Below are positions 27,442-37,832 of a stretch of DNA of 64,000 nucleotides, one piece after another. Numbering within the stretch: position 1 is the first letter of the stretch; the number at the start of each line of letters is the position of its first letter. Origin of the DNA: Blastocatellia bacterium (GTDB lineage Bacteria > Acidobacteriota > Blastocatellia > UBA7656); NCBI GenBank assembly GCA_035293105.1, contig DATDOV010000007.1, forward strand, positions 5,121 to 69,120, read 5' to 3'. A model generated the notes under the pieces. That model was not told the DNA's origin. It saw only the letters and a list, made by a program, of their open reading frames with translations, and did no database searches. The position numbers and the translations under genes were made by a program.

Positions 27442-30400
27442 TCACCTGTTGGTCGCAGTCTTTCTGATGAGAAGCTGTCTGTCATCCTCCTTGATCACGC
27501 TGGCGAAGAATTTCTTGAATTCCTGGTACTCGTCGGGCGCGACAAGCGCCTTCTTATTGGTTACCTGCCTTCTCGCAGTGATGATGCCCTGTGAAAAGGT
27601 GAAGGTCAGCGAGTAATCCGCGACGGACGAAGTCAGGGTCACGTTGGATGGCATCTCTACGAGCTCGTAGCCGTTCGGCAACTTAACTACTACCTCTTCG
27701 ACTATCGTGTCCGCCCACGGCCAGTAGAAGAATGGGAACTTGCGGGACTCATATGACAACGCGGAGCTTGCTTCCAGACTTTCGACCCACGGGAGTTTCA
27801 GGAGCTTAAACTGGCCAGCCTCACCCACGTATGTCGGCACGACGAAATTGCACCTGAGTTTTACTTGTGGGGTGAGCTCATCAATCCCATCCAACTCCAA
27901 CCGGGTCAATTTAAGATTGGGGAACACAGTGCCCAGCCACTCGGTCGCTGTCTTCTCGCGCTCACTCTGGCCTTTGTTCCGGTACCCCTCGCGCAGACTG
28001 GCAGCAGTCGCGCCTTCGGCGACCACATCTTGCCGGACTGAAAGGCTGGAGTCCTCGAGTATGTCGGCTTTGGTTCGCCAGGTTATTCGCCGCGGAGCGA
28101 ACCCGTCGCACGGGATGTACGCCGGGGCCTTGACGCCCGGCTTGATCAACAAGGAAGAGGCGCCAAGGTCCGAGGTGGGTATGGCTCCGAATGGATAGTT
28201 GTAGGCGGTCAGGTCCAGGTACTTGAGCCCGGCGTCGGTCTCGACCGCGACGATGCAGTGGTTGAAAGGGATAGCCGGCAAAGCGTTCTTGTTGGCGCCC
28301 GCGTCCCGCGTGTTTACAAGGACGTAGTACGCCTTGATGCCGGCCTCAGCCAGCATCGCGATGCAAAGGGTCGCCAAGTCCTTGCAATCACCTATTTTGT
28401 TCACCAGGACGTCGCGCGCTTTCTGGGGCGCCAGTGCTGACTGGCGGAACGGGACGCTGCTGTACCTGATGTTTTCAGTTATGAAAGTGTAGATCACTTC
28501 GATCTTCCGTTCACTCGAGAGGTTCTCTTCGCCTTTTAACAACTCCTGCACCTGTTCTTTCACTTCATATGGGCGCTTGGTCTTGCTTCGAGCCAGATCG
28601 GAATACCAGTTCACGACGGTCTGCCAGTCGGCTACGCTCGAGATGTAGAGAACCTTGCCCACATCTTCCAGGGAGGGCATTGCGGCCTCGTATCGAATGG
28701 CGGGCTCGTCCGTTAACGCCCACTGGTAGAGCACGCCGTCTTCGGTTCGCCTCTGAAGGGGTTGCTCGGGCATGTTCTGCGCCTTCCACTGGAACTTAAA
28801 ATCCTCCGGCGCGAGCAGAGAGTACCTGATCGTCTTGGCCGGATAGTAATGGCTGAAATGGAAGGTGTCCCAAACGTGTTGCGATATGCTGCCGCTGTAC
28901 AGATTCTTGATGCTCCACTTCAGGTAGATGTGATCCGACTCTTCCAGTGCTTTAAACACGATGTGACTGGTATCAACATCGGCCTTCACCTCCGAACCAT
29001 CCTTCTTGATCACGACGGCTTTCTCAACGTTCAAGCTCTCGGTGTACGGACCGAAAGGGATCCAGTACTCTTTGAACTCGTCAATTCCGCTCTTGTTGAA
29101 AACCTTCACCAGCAACTCTGCGGAAGACTCGGAGGCGCCCCGATCATATACGACCCTCTTCTCGTCCCGCAGAAGCACAATTCCGCTATCCTCAGGATAG
29201 GCTTTTGCGTCCGGCGAATTCCTTATGAGTGCCGCAATGTCGGCGGTCTCGAACGGAGCGAAGACCGGCTTCTTGCCTTCGAGCTCCCGCAGCGCGCGCC
29301 TGGCATCGTAGTCGCGCGGATCATATGTCAGGGCTTCGCGGTACGCTTTTGCGGAGAGGCCATCCTGCTTCTTGATCCGATGAATCTCTCCGACCTTCGA
29401 CCAGAACGTCGAGTTGTTGGGACACAACTCGATGGCTTCCTTCAGCCTCTTTTCGGCGTTTTCGTACTGTTGAAGAGAATAATAGACGGCGGCCATTTGG
29501 AAGTGTGTCGTTGTCGATGCGGGGTCTATCTCGATGATCTTTCCCATGGTCTCCTGCCACTTTTTGATGTCCGACGCTTGCAGGTAGTAGTTTGCCAGAG
29601 TCGATAGCGCTGCCTCGCTGTACTCACGTCGAAGGTAATCTTCGATGACGGCTATCGCTCGGTCGTATTTGCGACTCGTCTGGAACTCGATGGCGCTCTG
29701 AATGTAGGCGAACGCAAAATTGCCCGGATATCGCGCATAAGACTCTCTCGCCAGCTCGATCAACTTATCGACCTGCTCCTTGTTGGCATAAAAGCCTAAC
29801 TGCATCTCATACGCCTGTTCGGACCCGGGCATCGCCTTCTCTACGCGGTTCATCAGCTCCTCAGCCTTATCATATTCCTCGTTTTGGAGATATTCGTTGA
29901 ACTTGTACTCAATTGCCTTGGGGACATTCGAGTCGATCGCGCATATCTTCTCGATCGTGGTCGCCGCCTCGTCGTGTTTCCTGCCGCTGAAGTATGCCTC
30001 GACCATTTGATGATGGAAAACTGCGCAGTTCGGATAGTACCTCAGCGCCTCACGCAGCACCGATTCCGCATCAGCGGCCTTGTCGTTTCGCAGATAACAG
30101 TCGGCAAGCAGCAGGTAGTTTTCGAAATGGTCCGGACTATCCTTGACTCTGGCCTTGAAGAAAGATTCTGCAAAGTTCTCCACCGGTCTGTTGGGTGCTC
30201 CGGGTCGCGACTTGTAGGGCTTTGCATCGGTGCCAAACTGCAATCCTCTGACAGGTTCGCCACGCTCGTCCGTTATGCGCGCCAGAAAGTTGCACAACCG
30301 AATCTCCGAATAACCGCACTTGATGAGCACCCTGTTCCATCCTTCTTGAAGCTCCGTAGAGACGATAAAGGTATCCAGATCGTTGTTTGTTTCCTCGTCA

Positions 30401-31215
30401 GATTCGATTATCAGCTCGTCGTTCAGAAAGACCTTAGTCGAGCCCGATGTGCCGATCCGGATCTGCACAGTCTGCTTCGCGGGCGAGAAGACGAAGTTGT
30501 TCGCATAGAAGACCGACCGAACCTGGGCGAAGTAACGAGTGAACTCAATCCAACGATCGTTCTTGACGGCCGCAAGCTTGAACCACTTCGCCGAAATGTC
30601 AGCTTTTCCCCGATAGGTCTTTGAAACATTGAACTCATTTTCGGGGGGAAATGCCTTCTCATGACCGGAAGCGGAGACGTTGTCAAAAGGACCGATCACG
30701 AGCCAATCCGTTATAGCGTTCATCTGGCTGTAATAATGGTTCGAGTTCGCCAAGTCGCCCCTCTGCTGGTAGTACTGGCCGAGCATCTCACATGCCATCG
30801 CTTTGAGGACGCCTGTCGAATCGGCGCTCTGGCTCAGCTTTTCGAGGAGCACAACCGCGCCGGAATCCGACTTCTTCAAGGCGGTTCGCATCCTCTCGGT
30901 CGACATCACCGCGTATACATAGGGATAATAATTCTGTTCGCCCTCCAAGACCCTCCTGAAGGCATTCCAGGATTCTTCATTCTTTCCCTGCAGTGAGTAG
31001 AGATATGCCAGCCCGAGGTTGGCGCGTATGTCAGCCGGGTTCTTTGTGACAGCGTCCAACAGTATCGTTTCAACCTGTTTTTGGTTGTTGTTCCCCCAGG
31101 CCTTCCACGCGTCTGCAACTGTTGAAGGGGATGATCCGGAAACCGTAAGGGGTCTCTGCGTGAAGCACAAAACGAGCAGGAAGCCCAGAACAAGTACTCT
31201 GCGTCGTATCATCAT
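27442..31215 (-). CDS. Secreted TPR + DUF3857 + transglutaminase-like protein
   Basis: Signal peptide, many TPR-like helices, transglutaminase-like triad segments 'GDCKDLATL', 'FNHCIVAV', 'YLDLT'. GAGGAGG RBS. Confidence 0.85.
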   Translation of the reverse strand: MMIRRRVLVLGFLLVLCFTQRPLTVSGSSPSTVADAWKAWGNNNQKQVETILLDAVTKNPADIRANLGLAYLYSLQGKNEESWNAFRRVLEGEQNYYPYVYAVMSTERMRTALKKSDSGAVVLLEKLSQSADSTGVLKAMACEMLGQYYQQRGDLANSNHYYSQMNAITDWLVIGPFDNVSASGHEKAFPPENEFNVSKTYRGKADISAKWFKLAAVKNDRWIEFTRYFAQVRSVFYANNFVFSPAKQTVQIRIGTSGSTKVFLNDELIIESDEETNNDLDTFIVSTELQEGWNRVLIKCGYSEIRLCNFLARITDERGEPVRGLQFGTDAKPYKSRPGAPNRPVENFAESFFKARVKDSPDHFENYLLLADCYLRNDKAADAESVLREALRYYPNCAVFHHQMVEAYFSGRKHDEAATTIEKICAIDSNVPKAIEYKFNEYLQNEEYDKAEELMNRVEKAMPGSEQAYEMQLGFYANKEQVDKLIELARESYARYPGNFAFAYIQSAIEFQTSRKYDRAIAVIEDYLRREYSEAALSTLANYYLQASDIKKWQETMGKIIEIDPASTTTHFQMAAVYYSLQQYENAEKRLKEAIELCPNNSTFWSKVGEIHRIKKQDGLSAKAYREALTYDPRDYDARRALRELEGKKPVFAPFETADIAALIRNSPDAKAYPEDSGIVLLRDEKRVVYDRGASESSAELLVKVFNKSGIDEFKEYWIPFGPYTESLNVEKAVVIKKDGSEVKADVDTSHIVFKALEESDHIYLKWSIKNLYSGSISQHVWDTFHFSHYYPAKTIRYSLLAPEDFKFQWKAQNMPEQPLQRRTEDGVLYQWALTDEPAIRYEAAMPSLEDVGKVLYISSVADWQTVVNWYSDLARSKTKRPYEVKEQVQELLKGEENLSSERKIEVIYTFITENIRYSSVPFRQSALAPQKARDVLVNKIGDCKDLATLCIAMLAEAGIKAYYVLVNTRDAGANKNALPAIPFNHCIVAVETDAGLKYLDLTAYNYPFGAIPTSDLGASSLLIKPGVKAPAYIPCDGFAPRRITWRTKADILEDSSLSVRQDVVAEGATAASLREGYRNKGQSEREKTATEWLGTVFPNLKLTRLELDGIDELTPQVKLRCNFVVPTYVGEAGQFKLLKLPWVESLEASSALSYESRKFPFFYWPWADTIVEEVVVKLPNGYELVEMPSNVTLTSSVADYSLTFTFSQGIITARRQVTNKKALVAPDEYQEFKKFFASVIKEDDRQLLIRKTATNR

Positions 31216-31472
31216 TACCTCCTCACCCAGGCACTGAGATTCACTTTCCTATCCTTAATAGACGCCAATTAGCACTGAGATCATTCAGATCCCCCGAGAC
31301 TATTTGGACCGTACCGAGAGCCCGCGGAGAATCAACCCAACGAGATCGGTAAAAGCAGAGGAGCGTCACTCATCAGAAGGCAGTTGTCCAGCACCTATCG
31401 ACGCGATTCTCGAATCGCGAAGGAGGCGATAGAACAATCGGCTTGGACTGAATCGACGTCGATCGAGCGGCG

Positions 31473-31868
31473 TATCAAGACCCGCTGTCAGTGGATGTGA
31501 ATGGCAACGTCGTAGGCAGCCAATAACACTTGGCTTTCGGTGAGGATTTCGCGGGTTCCGGCAGTTAGGAAAAACATCACTTCACATCATACGCACGGGA
31601 CGCTGACATTGGCACTGCTAACGCACCAAACGGGCAGTACGTGCCCACGACGGGTCGATTTCTGCGCGTTGATCCTCCCCTTGGCCGAGAGGGCGCAAGC
31701 CGGAATCGATGTAGTTATGTTCAGAACGATCCGATTGGGGCGACGGATCCGCTTGGGGTTACGAGTTGTCTTGCTTCTGACGCCGCAGACGAACCACTTT
31801 GCGGATACATCCATGTATGCGTCGACAATGCGCTCGACCAGAGTGCTCGATGCGCTCTCTGTGCATAG
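31473..31868 (+). pseudogene. Degenerate Rhs repeat-associated core fragment
   Basis: One frame reads YQDPLSVDVNGNVVGSQ*HLAFGEDFAGSGS*EKHHFTSYARD...GRFLRVDP...NRCSYVQNDPIGATDPLG, with stops at 31524 and 31566. Confidence 0.8.
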
Positions 31869-31921
31869 CGCGCCCGGCGTTCGGTCAACTCAACGATGGG
31901 GCGAACTCTCCGCCCTGGGTG

Positions 31922-32255
31922 CTCAGTCCATATGCCCTGACATCGCGTGTTCGGGCATTCTCCTCGTCCGCGTCAGACCGTAAGACTTCAACTGGCGATA
32001 GAGTCGTGCTCGGCGAGATTCCCAGAATCTCCGACGCCTTGCCTTGCCATCCCGTCTGTTCCAGCACGTTGATTATCTGTTTTTTCTTCAGTTCATCAAG
32101 ACTCCCCGGCTGATGGTCGTCGCCGTTATTCGAAGCCGGACTCAGCCGCACATTGGTCCTCAACTCGATCGGCAGATCGTCCGGCGTGATCTCCTCGCTC
32201 GACGCCAGGATCACCGCGCGCTCGATCGGGTTCCTAAGCTCGCGCGTTGCCCGGC
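31922..32255 (-). pseudogene. 334-bp copy of the 3' end of the sigma54 response regulator gene; putative attachment-site scar 2
   Basis: Aligns to 49127-49464 with +1, -3 and -2 nt indels. Encodes 'ELRNPIERAVILASSEEITPDDLP...GISPST'. Confidence 0.9.
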
Positions 32256-32475
32256 GTTGACGTTCAAGCCTCACTACCGACCGAGTTTCCGCCTTGTGAG
32301 GATAGCGCGATCCGGGTCGTGAGATCGAAGTGGCAAACAGATACTGCTGTATTTAATGCGCGAGACCGAAAGATTGAAGCCGGTCTTGGCGGCCCACACA
32401 AGCTTCGCAAGTCTTGGCACCACCGACCACCGGGACCTTCGATGGCTTCTCGAGTTGCGGACTCATCATCACAGG

Positions 32476-32553
32476 TTAGTTCTTGAGGCGTGCGTCAAAG
32501 AACTTGATCGTCGGCTCGAGGAACGCGGGATCAACTTCTCGCCCTGACCCTGG
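32476..32553 (-). pseudogene. 3' fragment of an alpha/beta hydrolase gene paralogous to 40133-41197
   Basis: Reads PGSGREVDPAFLEPTIKFFDARLKN* versus PGSGREVDPAFFEPTIKFFDGRLRKLMR*. Confidence 0.8.
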
Positions 32554-32649
32554 GCCCAGGCCACCGGCCCACCACCGCTCGCTGGCGAAAGGGGCCCGCG
32601 ATATAATAAGGCGTCCTTAAGAACTCCGAACTTCGAATTCCGAAATCGT

Positions 32650-35600
32650 ATGACCCCGGAACGGTGGCAACAAATCGAGCAGGTGTTTCAATCGGCGCTG
32701 GCGCGTGAGCCGGAGCAGCGCGGCGCCTTTTTAACCGACGCCTGCGCCGGCGACGAGGCCCTGCGTGACAAAGTCGAGGCGATGCTTCAGGCGCACGAGC
32801 AGGCGGGAAGTTTCCTCCGGGCTCCAGTGGCTGAGGTGGCGGCGGAGTTGATAGCCCAAGAGGACGCTCGATGGGCGGTAGGGGCCACCATCGGCCCCTA
32901 CCAGATCGTGCGCCAGTTGGGCGCGGGCGGGATGGGCGATGTTTACCTGGCCCGGGATAACCGGCTCGGGCGCAGCGCGGCGTTGAAAGTGCTGCCTGAC
33001 TATTTCACCAACGACAAAGACCGAATGCGACGCTTCCATCAGGAGGCGCGGGCGGCGTCGGCGTTGAGTCATCCGAACGTGGCCACGATCTATGACATCG
33101 GAAAAGCGGAGGGGACCACGTACATCGCGATGGAATATGTCGAGGGACAGACGCTGGAGGCCAAGATCAACGGGCAACCGCTGGAAACCACTGAAATCCT
33201 TGACATCGCCGCGCAGGTAGCCGACGCCTTGGATGAAGCGCACGCCAAAGGCATCGCGCACCGGGACATCAAACCCTCGAACATCATGATCACGCCTCGC
33301 GGTCAAGCGAAGGTGCTGGACTTTGGACTGGCGAAGATGACCCGACGCGAGGAGCAGAGGATTGGAAGCGACATCTCCATCCAAACGGAAACCGAACCGG
33401 GTGTGGTGATGGGCACGGTGGCGTACATGAGCCCGGAGCAGGCATTGGGGCATGAGGTGGACGACCGCACCGACCTCTTCAGCTTGGGCGTGGTGACGTA
33501 TGAGATGACCACGGGCCGACGGCCATTCGCCGGGACCACCACTGGCGAGACACTCGATCAAGTCATCCACGCGGAACCAGAGGCGATTGCGCGATTGAAC
33601 GCGCGCGCGCCCGCCAAGTTGGAGCGCATTATAGGCAGGTGCCTGGAGAAGGACCGGGAGCGGCGCTATCAGTCAGCGCACGAGCTACTGACTGATTTGA
33701 GGAATCTCAAGCGCGATCTGGACTCAGGCGAGCGCGCCGCCCGCCCGACCGCCAGCGCGGAGTATCTTCTCAGCCAGATCAAACATCATGCGCGTGGTGC
33801 GCTCATCACAGTGGTCGCGCTCGTCATCGCCGCTGCCCTGTTCTTCTACTTCCCCCGCGCGCCGGTGTTGACCGAGCAGGATACGATTCTGCTGGCCGAT
33901 TTCGTAAACACGACCGGCGATCCGGCATTTGACGGCACACTCAAACAGGGCTTGGCGGTGCACTTGGGACAGACCCCGTTTTTGAATATCTTCCCTGACG
34001 AGCGCGTACGCGAGGCATTGCGCTTGATGGGCCGCCCGGCTGATGAGCACCTGACGCGGGACGTCGGCCGCGAGATCTGCCAGCGGCAGGGACTCAAGGC
34101 GATGATTGTCGGCTCGATTGCCAGCCTCGGGAGTCGCTATGTGCTGACGCTGGAGGCCGTCAACGCGCAGACCGGAGAGGTGATGGCGCGCCAACAGACC
34201 GAAGCTGCTTCCAAAGAGCAGGTCTTGCAGTCGCTGGGGCAGGCCGCCTCCGCGTTGCGCCCGAAGCTGGGCGAATCGCTCCGATCGATTCAGAAGTTCG
34301 ACATCCAGCTTGCCCAGGCGACGACCTCATCGCTGGAGGCGCTCAAAGCCTATTCGCTGGGAGGGGAGAGATTCGGGAGTTACCTTGAAGCCATACCGTT
34401 TTTTGAACGCGCGACAGAGTTGGATCCGAATTTCGCGCTCGCCTACAGCGTACTATCAGATCTCTACAGCAATACCGGCCAAGCAGAGCGGGCGGCTACG
34501 GCTGCGGAGAAAGCCTTTGCTTTGCGGGAGCGCGTGACGGAGCGCGAAAAGTTCCGCATCGCCGGCACCTACTACTTATATGCGACCGGAGAAATAGACA
34601 AGGCCATCGAAACGTTCGAAGTGTGGAAGCAGGTCTATCCGCGAGACACTGTCCCGACCGGTGCTCTGGCTATGTGGTACCTCCCAATCGGGAAATTCGA
34701 GAAGGCAGTGGACGAGGCGCGCGAGGCCATGCGCCTCACTCCGAATTACAATCCCCGTTTTTATCTGTCGTCTGCTCTCTATCGTCTCAATCGTTTCGAC
34801 GAGGCCAAAGCGACGATTGAGGAGATGTTTCAGCAGAAGCGTGACAATATGCTCTTGCACATCAACCGCTATTTCATAGCTTCTATTCAGGGTGACACCG
34901 CCGCGATGAGGCAACAGCTTGATTGGCTGGAAAGCCATTCGAGCGAGTACCGGTCGCTCCACCTGCAAAGCAGGACAGCGGCGAGCGCGGGCCAGTTGCG
35001 CCAGGCGCGACGTTTCTCGCGCCAAGCTGTAGAGTTGGCGGTCCGGCGTAATTTCAAAGACCTGGCCGCTTTTTTTGTGGCCGCTCAGATGGTGAATGAA
35101 GCAAGCTGTGGTTTGTGCGAGCAAGCCAGACAGAGGGCACAGGCTCTGGCACTCTCGCGGGCTAGTTTTGTGCAGGGCTACATTCCAATGCTCCCGAGTG
35201 TGGCCTACGCGCTGGCTTTGTGCGGTGACATCACCGAGGCGCAGAAGTTGGTCGACGAGCTGGCGAGGCGGTATCCGAAAGCCACGTTGGTGAACGCCAT
35301 CTACCTGCCGGTAATTCGCGCGGCGATCGAACTCCAGCGCGGGAACGCCGAGCAGGCGATTCAATCATTGGAAGTGGTGACTCCATATGAGGGCGCGTGC
35401 TGGTTGATGCCCCCCTATCTGCGCGGCCAAGCCTATCTGCGCAAGCGGGCAGGGACGGAAGCAGCAGCCGAGTTCCAAAAGATTCTCGATCACCGGGGCT
35501 GGGATCTCTATTCTTCTTGGTATGTGCTTGCGCATCTGGGGCTGGCGCGGGCGGCGGCGCTCACGGGCGACCGTGTCAAAAGCCGCCAAGCATATCAAGA

Positions 35601-35682
35601 GTTCTTCGCCTTGTGGAAAGATGCCGACCCGGACATTCCCATCCTGATCGAAGCGAACAGAGAATACCAGAAATTGAAGTGA
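32650..35682 (+). CDS. Hanks-type Ser/Thr protein kinase with TolB-like and TPR regions
   Basis: 'GAGGMGDVY', 'AALK', 'HRDIKPSN', 'DFG', 'GTVAYMSPE'. N-terminus 'MTPERWQQIEQVF...ACAGDEALR' is typical of ECF-linked kinases. One TM segment. Confidence 0.95.
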   Translation: MTPERWQQIEQVFQSALAREPEQRGAFLTDACAGDEALRDKVEAMLQAHEQAGSFLRAPVAEVAAELIAQEDARWAVGATIGPYQIVRQLGAGGMGDVYLARDNRLGRSAALKVLPDYFTNDKDRMRRFHQEARAASALSHPNVATIYDIGKAEGTTYIAMEYVEGQTLEAKINGQPLETTEILDIAAQVADALDEAHAKGIAHRDIKPSNIMITPRGQAKVLDFGLAKMTRREEQRIGSDISIQTETEPGVVMGTVAYMSPEQALGHEVDDRTDLFSLGVVTYEMTTGRRPFAGTTTGETLDQVIHAEPEAIARLNARAPAKLERIIGRCLEKDRERRYQSAHELLTDLRNLKRDLDSGERAARPTASAEYLLSQIKHHARGALITVVALVIAAALFFYFPRAPVLTEQDTILLADFVNTTGDPAFDGTLKQGLAVHLGQTPFLNIFPDERVREALRLMGRPADEHLTRDVGREICQRQGLKAMIVGSIASLGSRYVLTLEAVNAQTGEVMARQQTEAASKEQVLQSLGQAASALRPKLGESLRSIQKFDIQLAQATTSSLEALKAYSLGGERFGSYLEAIPFFERATELDPNFALAYSVLSDLYSNTGQAERAATAAEKAFALRERVTEREKFRIAGTYYLYATGEIDKAIETFEVWKQVYPRDTVPTGALAMWYLPIGKFEKAVDEAREAMRLTPNYNPRFYLSSALYRLNRFDEAKATIEEMFQQKRDNMLLHINRYFIASIQGDTAAMRQQLDWLESHSSEYRSLHLQSRTAASAGQLRQARRFSRQAVELAVRRNFKDLAAFFVAAQMVNEASCGLCEQARQRAQALALSRASFVQGYIPMLPSVAYALALCGDITEAQKLVDELARRYPKATLVNAIYLPVIRAAIELQRGNAEQAIQSLEVVTPYEGACWLMPPYLRGQAYLRKRAGTEAAAEFQKILDHRGWDLYSSWYVLAHLGLARAAALTGDRVKSRQAYQEFFALWKDADPDIPILIEANREYQKLK

Positions 35683-35871
35683 GCGCGAATCTCAAGGCCC
35701 CTCGAACCAGCCAGTGACTCAATCCTGGTGGGTGTTCGGTCGCTGAGTACCTGCAATTCATAAATACGCTGACAAACCACCGATGGACGCAGATGAACAC
35801 AGCTTAGCCGCAACAAGAGCTTCGACGCTGGGAAACTGCTTAATACCCCAGGCGGGAGAAGGTGTGAAAAA

Positions 35872-36020
35872 AAACGCAAAGGCGCAAAGACGCAAAGTCA
35901 ACAGAAACACGGTCGCTACGGCGCTGGTGGTAAGCACTGCAATTCGCAGGACTTGGTTCGGTCTTCTCTGGTTTCAGCTCTATCGCCTTTGCGTCTTTGC
36001 ACCTTAGCGTCTTTGCGTTT
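35872..36020. repeat. Inverted octamer arrays (CGCAAAGA/CGCAAAGG type, REP/BIME-like)
   Basis: aaacgcaaaggcgcaaagacgcaaag (35872-35897) faces ctttgcgtctttgcaccttagcgtctttgcgttt (35987-36020). Confidence 0.7.
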
Positions 36021-36081
36021 CGATTCTTTCGCAGCTTCGGGAGCCCGGGGATTGTTCACGCCTGCCTACACAACCGGAGGA

Positions 36082-36122
36082 CCCCTCACCCCATGCCCCT
36101 CTCCCCGCTCGCGGGGAGAGGG
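36082..36122. repeat. REP-like hairpin CCCTCTCCCCGC-TC-GCGGGGAGAGGG with a CCCCTCACCCC lead
   Basis: Perfect 12-bp stem in the spacer between convergent genes. Confidence 0.7.
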
Positions 36123-36148
36123 TTGACGAGTGGGGCGCCGCCCGACGT

Positions 36149-36570
36149 TCATTCGAGCGGCTCTACGTAGATGGGAACTGCCTCAACAGACCCCTCCATT
36201 GAGAAAAGGGCAATCCCAGCAGGATCGTGGAAGTCTGCCCTGAAGGGACCGGCAGACTGTATCGCCGTCAGCGTCCAGATTGAGCGTCGCTCTGATTTTC
36301 ACACTCTGGAACGGCGTAGTTGGGTCTTGCGAGAGCATCACAAAGGTGAGTGCAAAACGGCGTTTGCCTATCCTCTCCCAGACCTCATGGCCTGAGGTTG
36401 CGCCCGGCACGTTGGTCGACATTGTCAGGCATCCATCCCGGCATGACCTTGACTTTCCAGGCGCCAACCAATGACTTGTGGCCGCTGGGCCCGTTGGACT
36501 GAACGGCCGCGACAGATGACACAACAAATATGGCGATAGCTGCGGTACAAAGTACTCTCTTCGCGTTCAT
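36149..36570 (-). pseudogene. Frameshifted gene for a small secreted, beta-rich hypothetical protein
   Basis: AAAGGAG RBS and signal peptide MNAKRVLCTAA...LVGAWKVKV. Continues in a second frame (DG...GHEVWERIGKRRFALTF...VKIRATLNLDADGDT) and a third (AGPFRADFHDPAG...VEPLE*). Confidence 0.65.
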
Positions 36571-36619
36571 AGCCTCTTCTCCTTTCAATGCTTTAGTTGC
36601 TGCCTCGGTTGAGGAGTTC

Positions 36620-37060
36620 CAACTCAACGGGAGGTACGAGGAGGCGTTGGCTGAATGTCGGACGATGTTTTCGCTGTTGGGGAATGAAGAAGTCGTGGAG
36701 GCCATCGAGCAGGGCTATGCGGAGTCAGGCTACAGGGGCGCCATGCGCCGGGGGGCCGAAAGTCTGGTAGCGCAATCGAAGGCAAGGTATGTCGCGCCGA
36801 CTTCTATCGCACTGTTTTATATTCACGCTGAGGAGACGGAGCAGGCCATCGAGTGGCTTGAAAAGGCCTACGAGGAGCGCGATCCAAATCTACACCGGGT
36901 GGGGATAGAACCGGATTGGGAGAGCTTGCATCCTGACCCGCGCTTCCAAGCCCTATTGCAGCGGCTCGGTCTTCCAGAGGTCATACCTAAGAACAATGCT
37001 TTAAGCGAGGCCGTTGCGTCCCTACGAGTAGAGCGCAACTTGGCCTCGCTCAAACCGTAG
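36620..37060 (+). pseudogene. C-terminal TPR fragment of a kinase/wHTH-TPR regulator, 5' part missing
   Basis: 'GRYEEALAE...AIEWLEKAYEERDP...DPRFQALLQRLGL' resembles the C-terminus of 37833-39617. No plausible start; left boundary approximate. Confidence 0.7.
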
Positions 37061-37070
37061 AGCGTGAGTC

Positions 37071-37646
37071 TCACCGACCGGGGTGCCGCCCGTGAGGATC
37101 GAAGACCATTAGGGAGACGTTCCCGTAAGGGTAGGGCCTGTCTCCCGGGTACTCCGCATCGATCTTCAGTTTCAGACCATCGAGACGTCCGCCGTGTCCG
37201 TGCCCGGCTGCTTTGTAGCTTCCGGCGAAGGTCGCAAGATTAAACGGACCGTACCAGATGCCTTCCCATCTTTCTTCATCCGATGCGGGCCACTCAAAAG
37301 TGCCCCAGCAAGGGCCAGTCATGTTCTCGTCAAGGTTGCAGTTCAGCGTCGCCGTTGCGCTTGGGCCAAAAAGACCGGCAGCCGGCCCTTCCAGCACATA
37401 GTTGTATTCCGAAACTCGTCCACGGATCTTCATCCGACTTCCTGGCCCGCAAGGACCACCTGGGCAGGAAATCTCACCAGGGTCGATCACGCCGACGAAG
37501 AACTCCTGACCGGTGGCGCTCAGGAACTTTGGCCGGTGTCGCGTCTCCACGGACGGTTTAGAGATACCCGCTGATGCATTGTGGGAGATTGTGCTTCCCA
37601 TAAGTATGAGTGCTAACAGCAGGATTATAGAAGCTCTTAGTTTCAT
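37071..37646 (-). CDS. Secreted hypothetical protein
   Basis: AAAGGAG RBS, signal peptide MKLRASIILLLALILMG; Cys/Gly-containing, beta-rich body. Confidence 0.7.
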   Translation of the reverse strand: MKLRASIILLLALILMGSTISHNASAGISKPSVETRHRPKFLSATGQEFFVGVIDPGEISCPGGPCGPGSRMKIRGRVSEYNYVLEGPAAGLFGPSATATLNCNLDENMTGPCWGTFEWPASDEERWEGIWYGPFNLATFAGSYKAAGHGHGGRLDGLKLKIDAEYPGDRPYPYGNVSLMVFDPHGRHPGR

Positions 37647-37832
37647 AGCTGCTCTCCTTTCGTTCATTCATGCTGATTACCGGGCTCAGCCTTTGGTTTT
37701 CTTATTGTCCAATTGCGAGAGCCTTCGCGAGAATTCGATCTCGATCTCGCAATTACTCATGAGATTAGCAGGACGTGGTATGATGATCTTGACAGAACCC
37801 GGAAAAAACTCTGCAAAGTTCGTGACAGGCTC

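Larger units (their letters stand above)
27352..31921. mobile_element. Putative small island B between the two response-regulator 3' fragments
   Basis: Flanked by the direct repeats at 27182-27351 and 31922-32255. No integrase seen, so mobility is inferred only. Confidence 0.45.
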
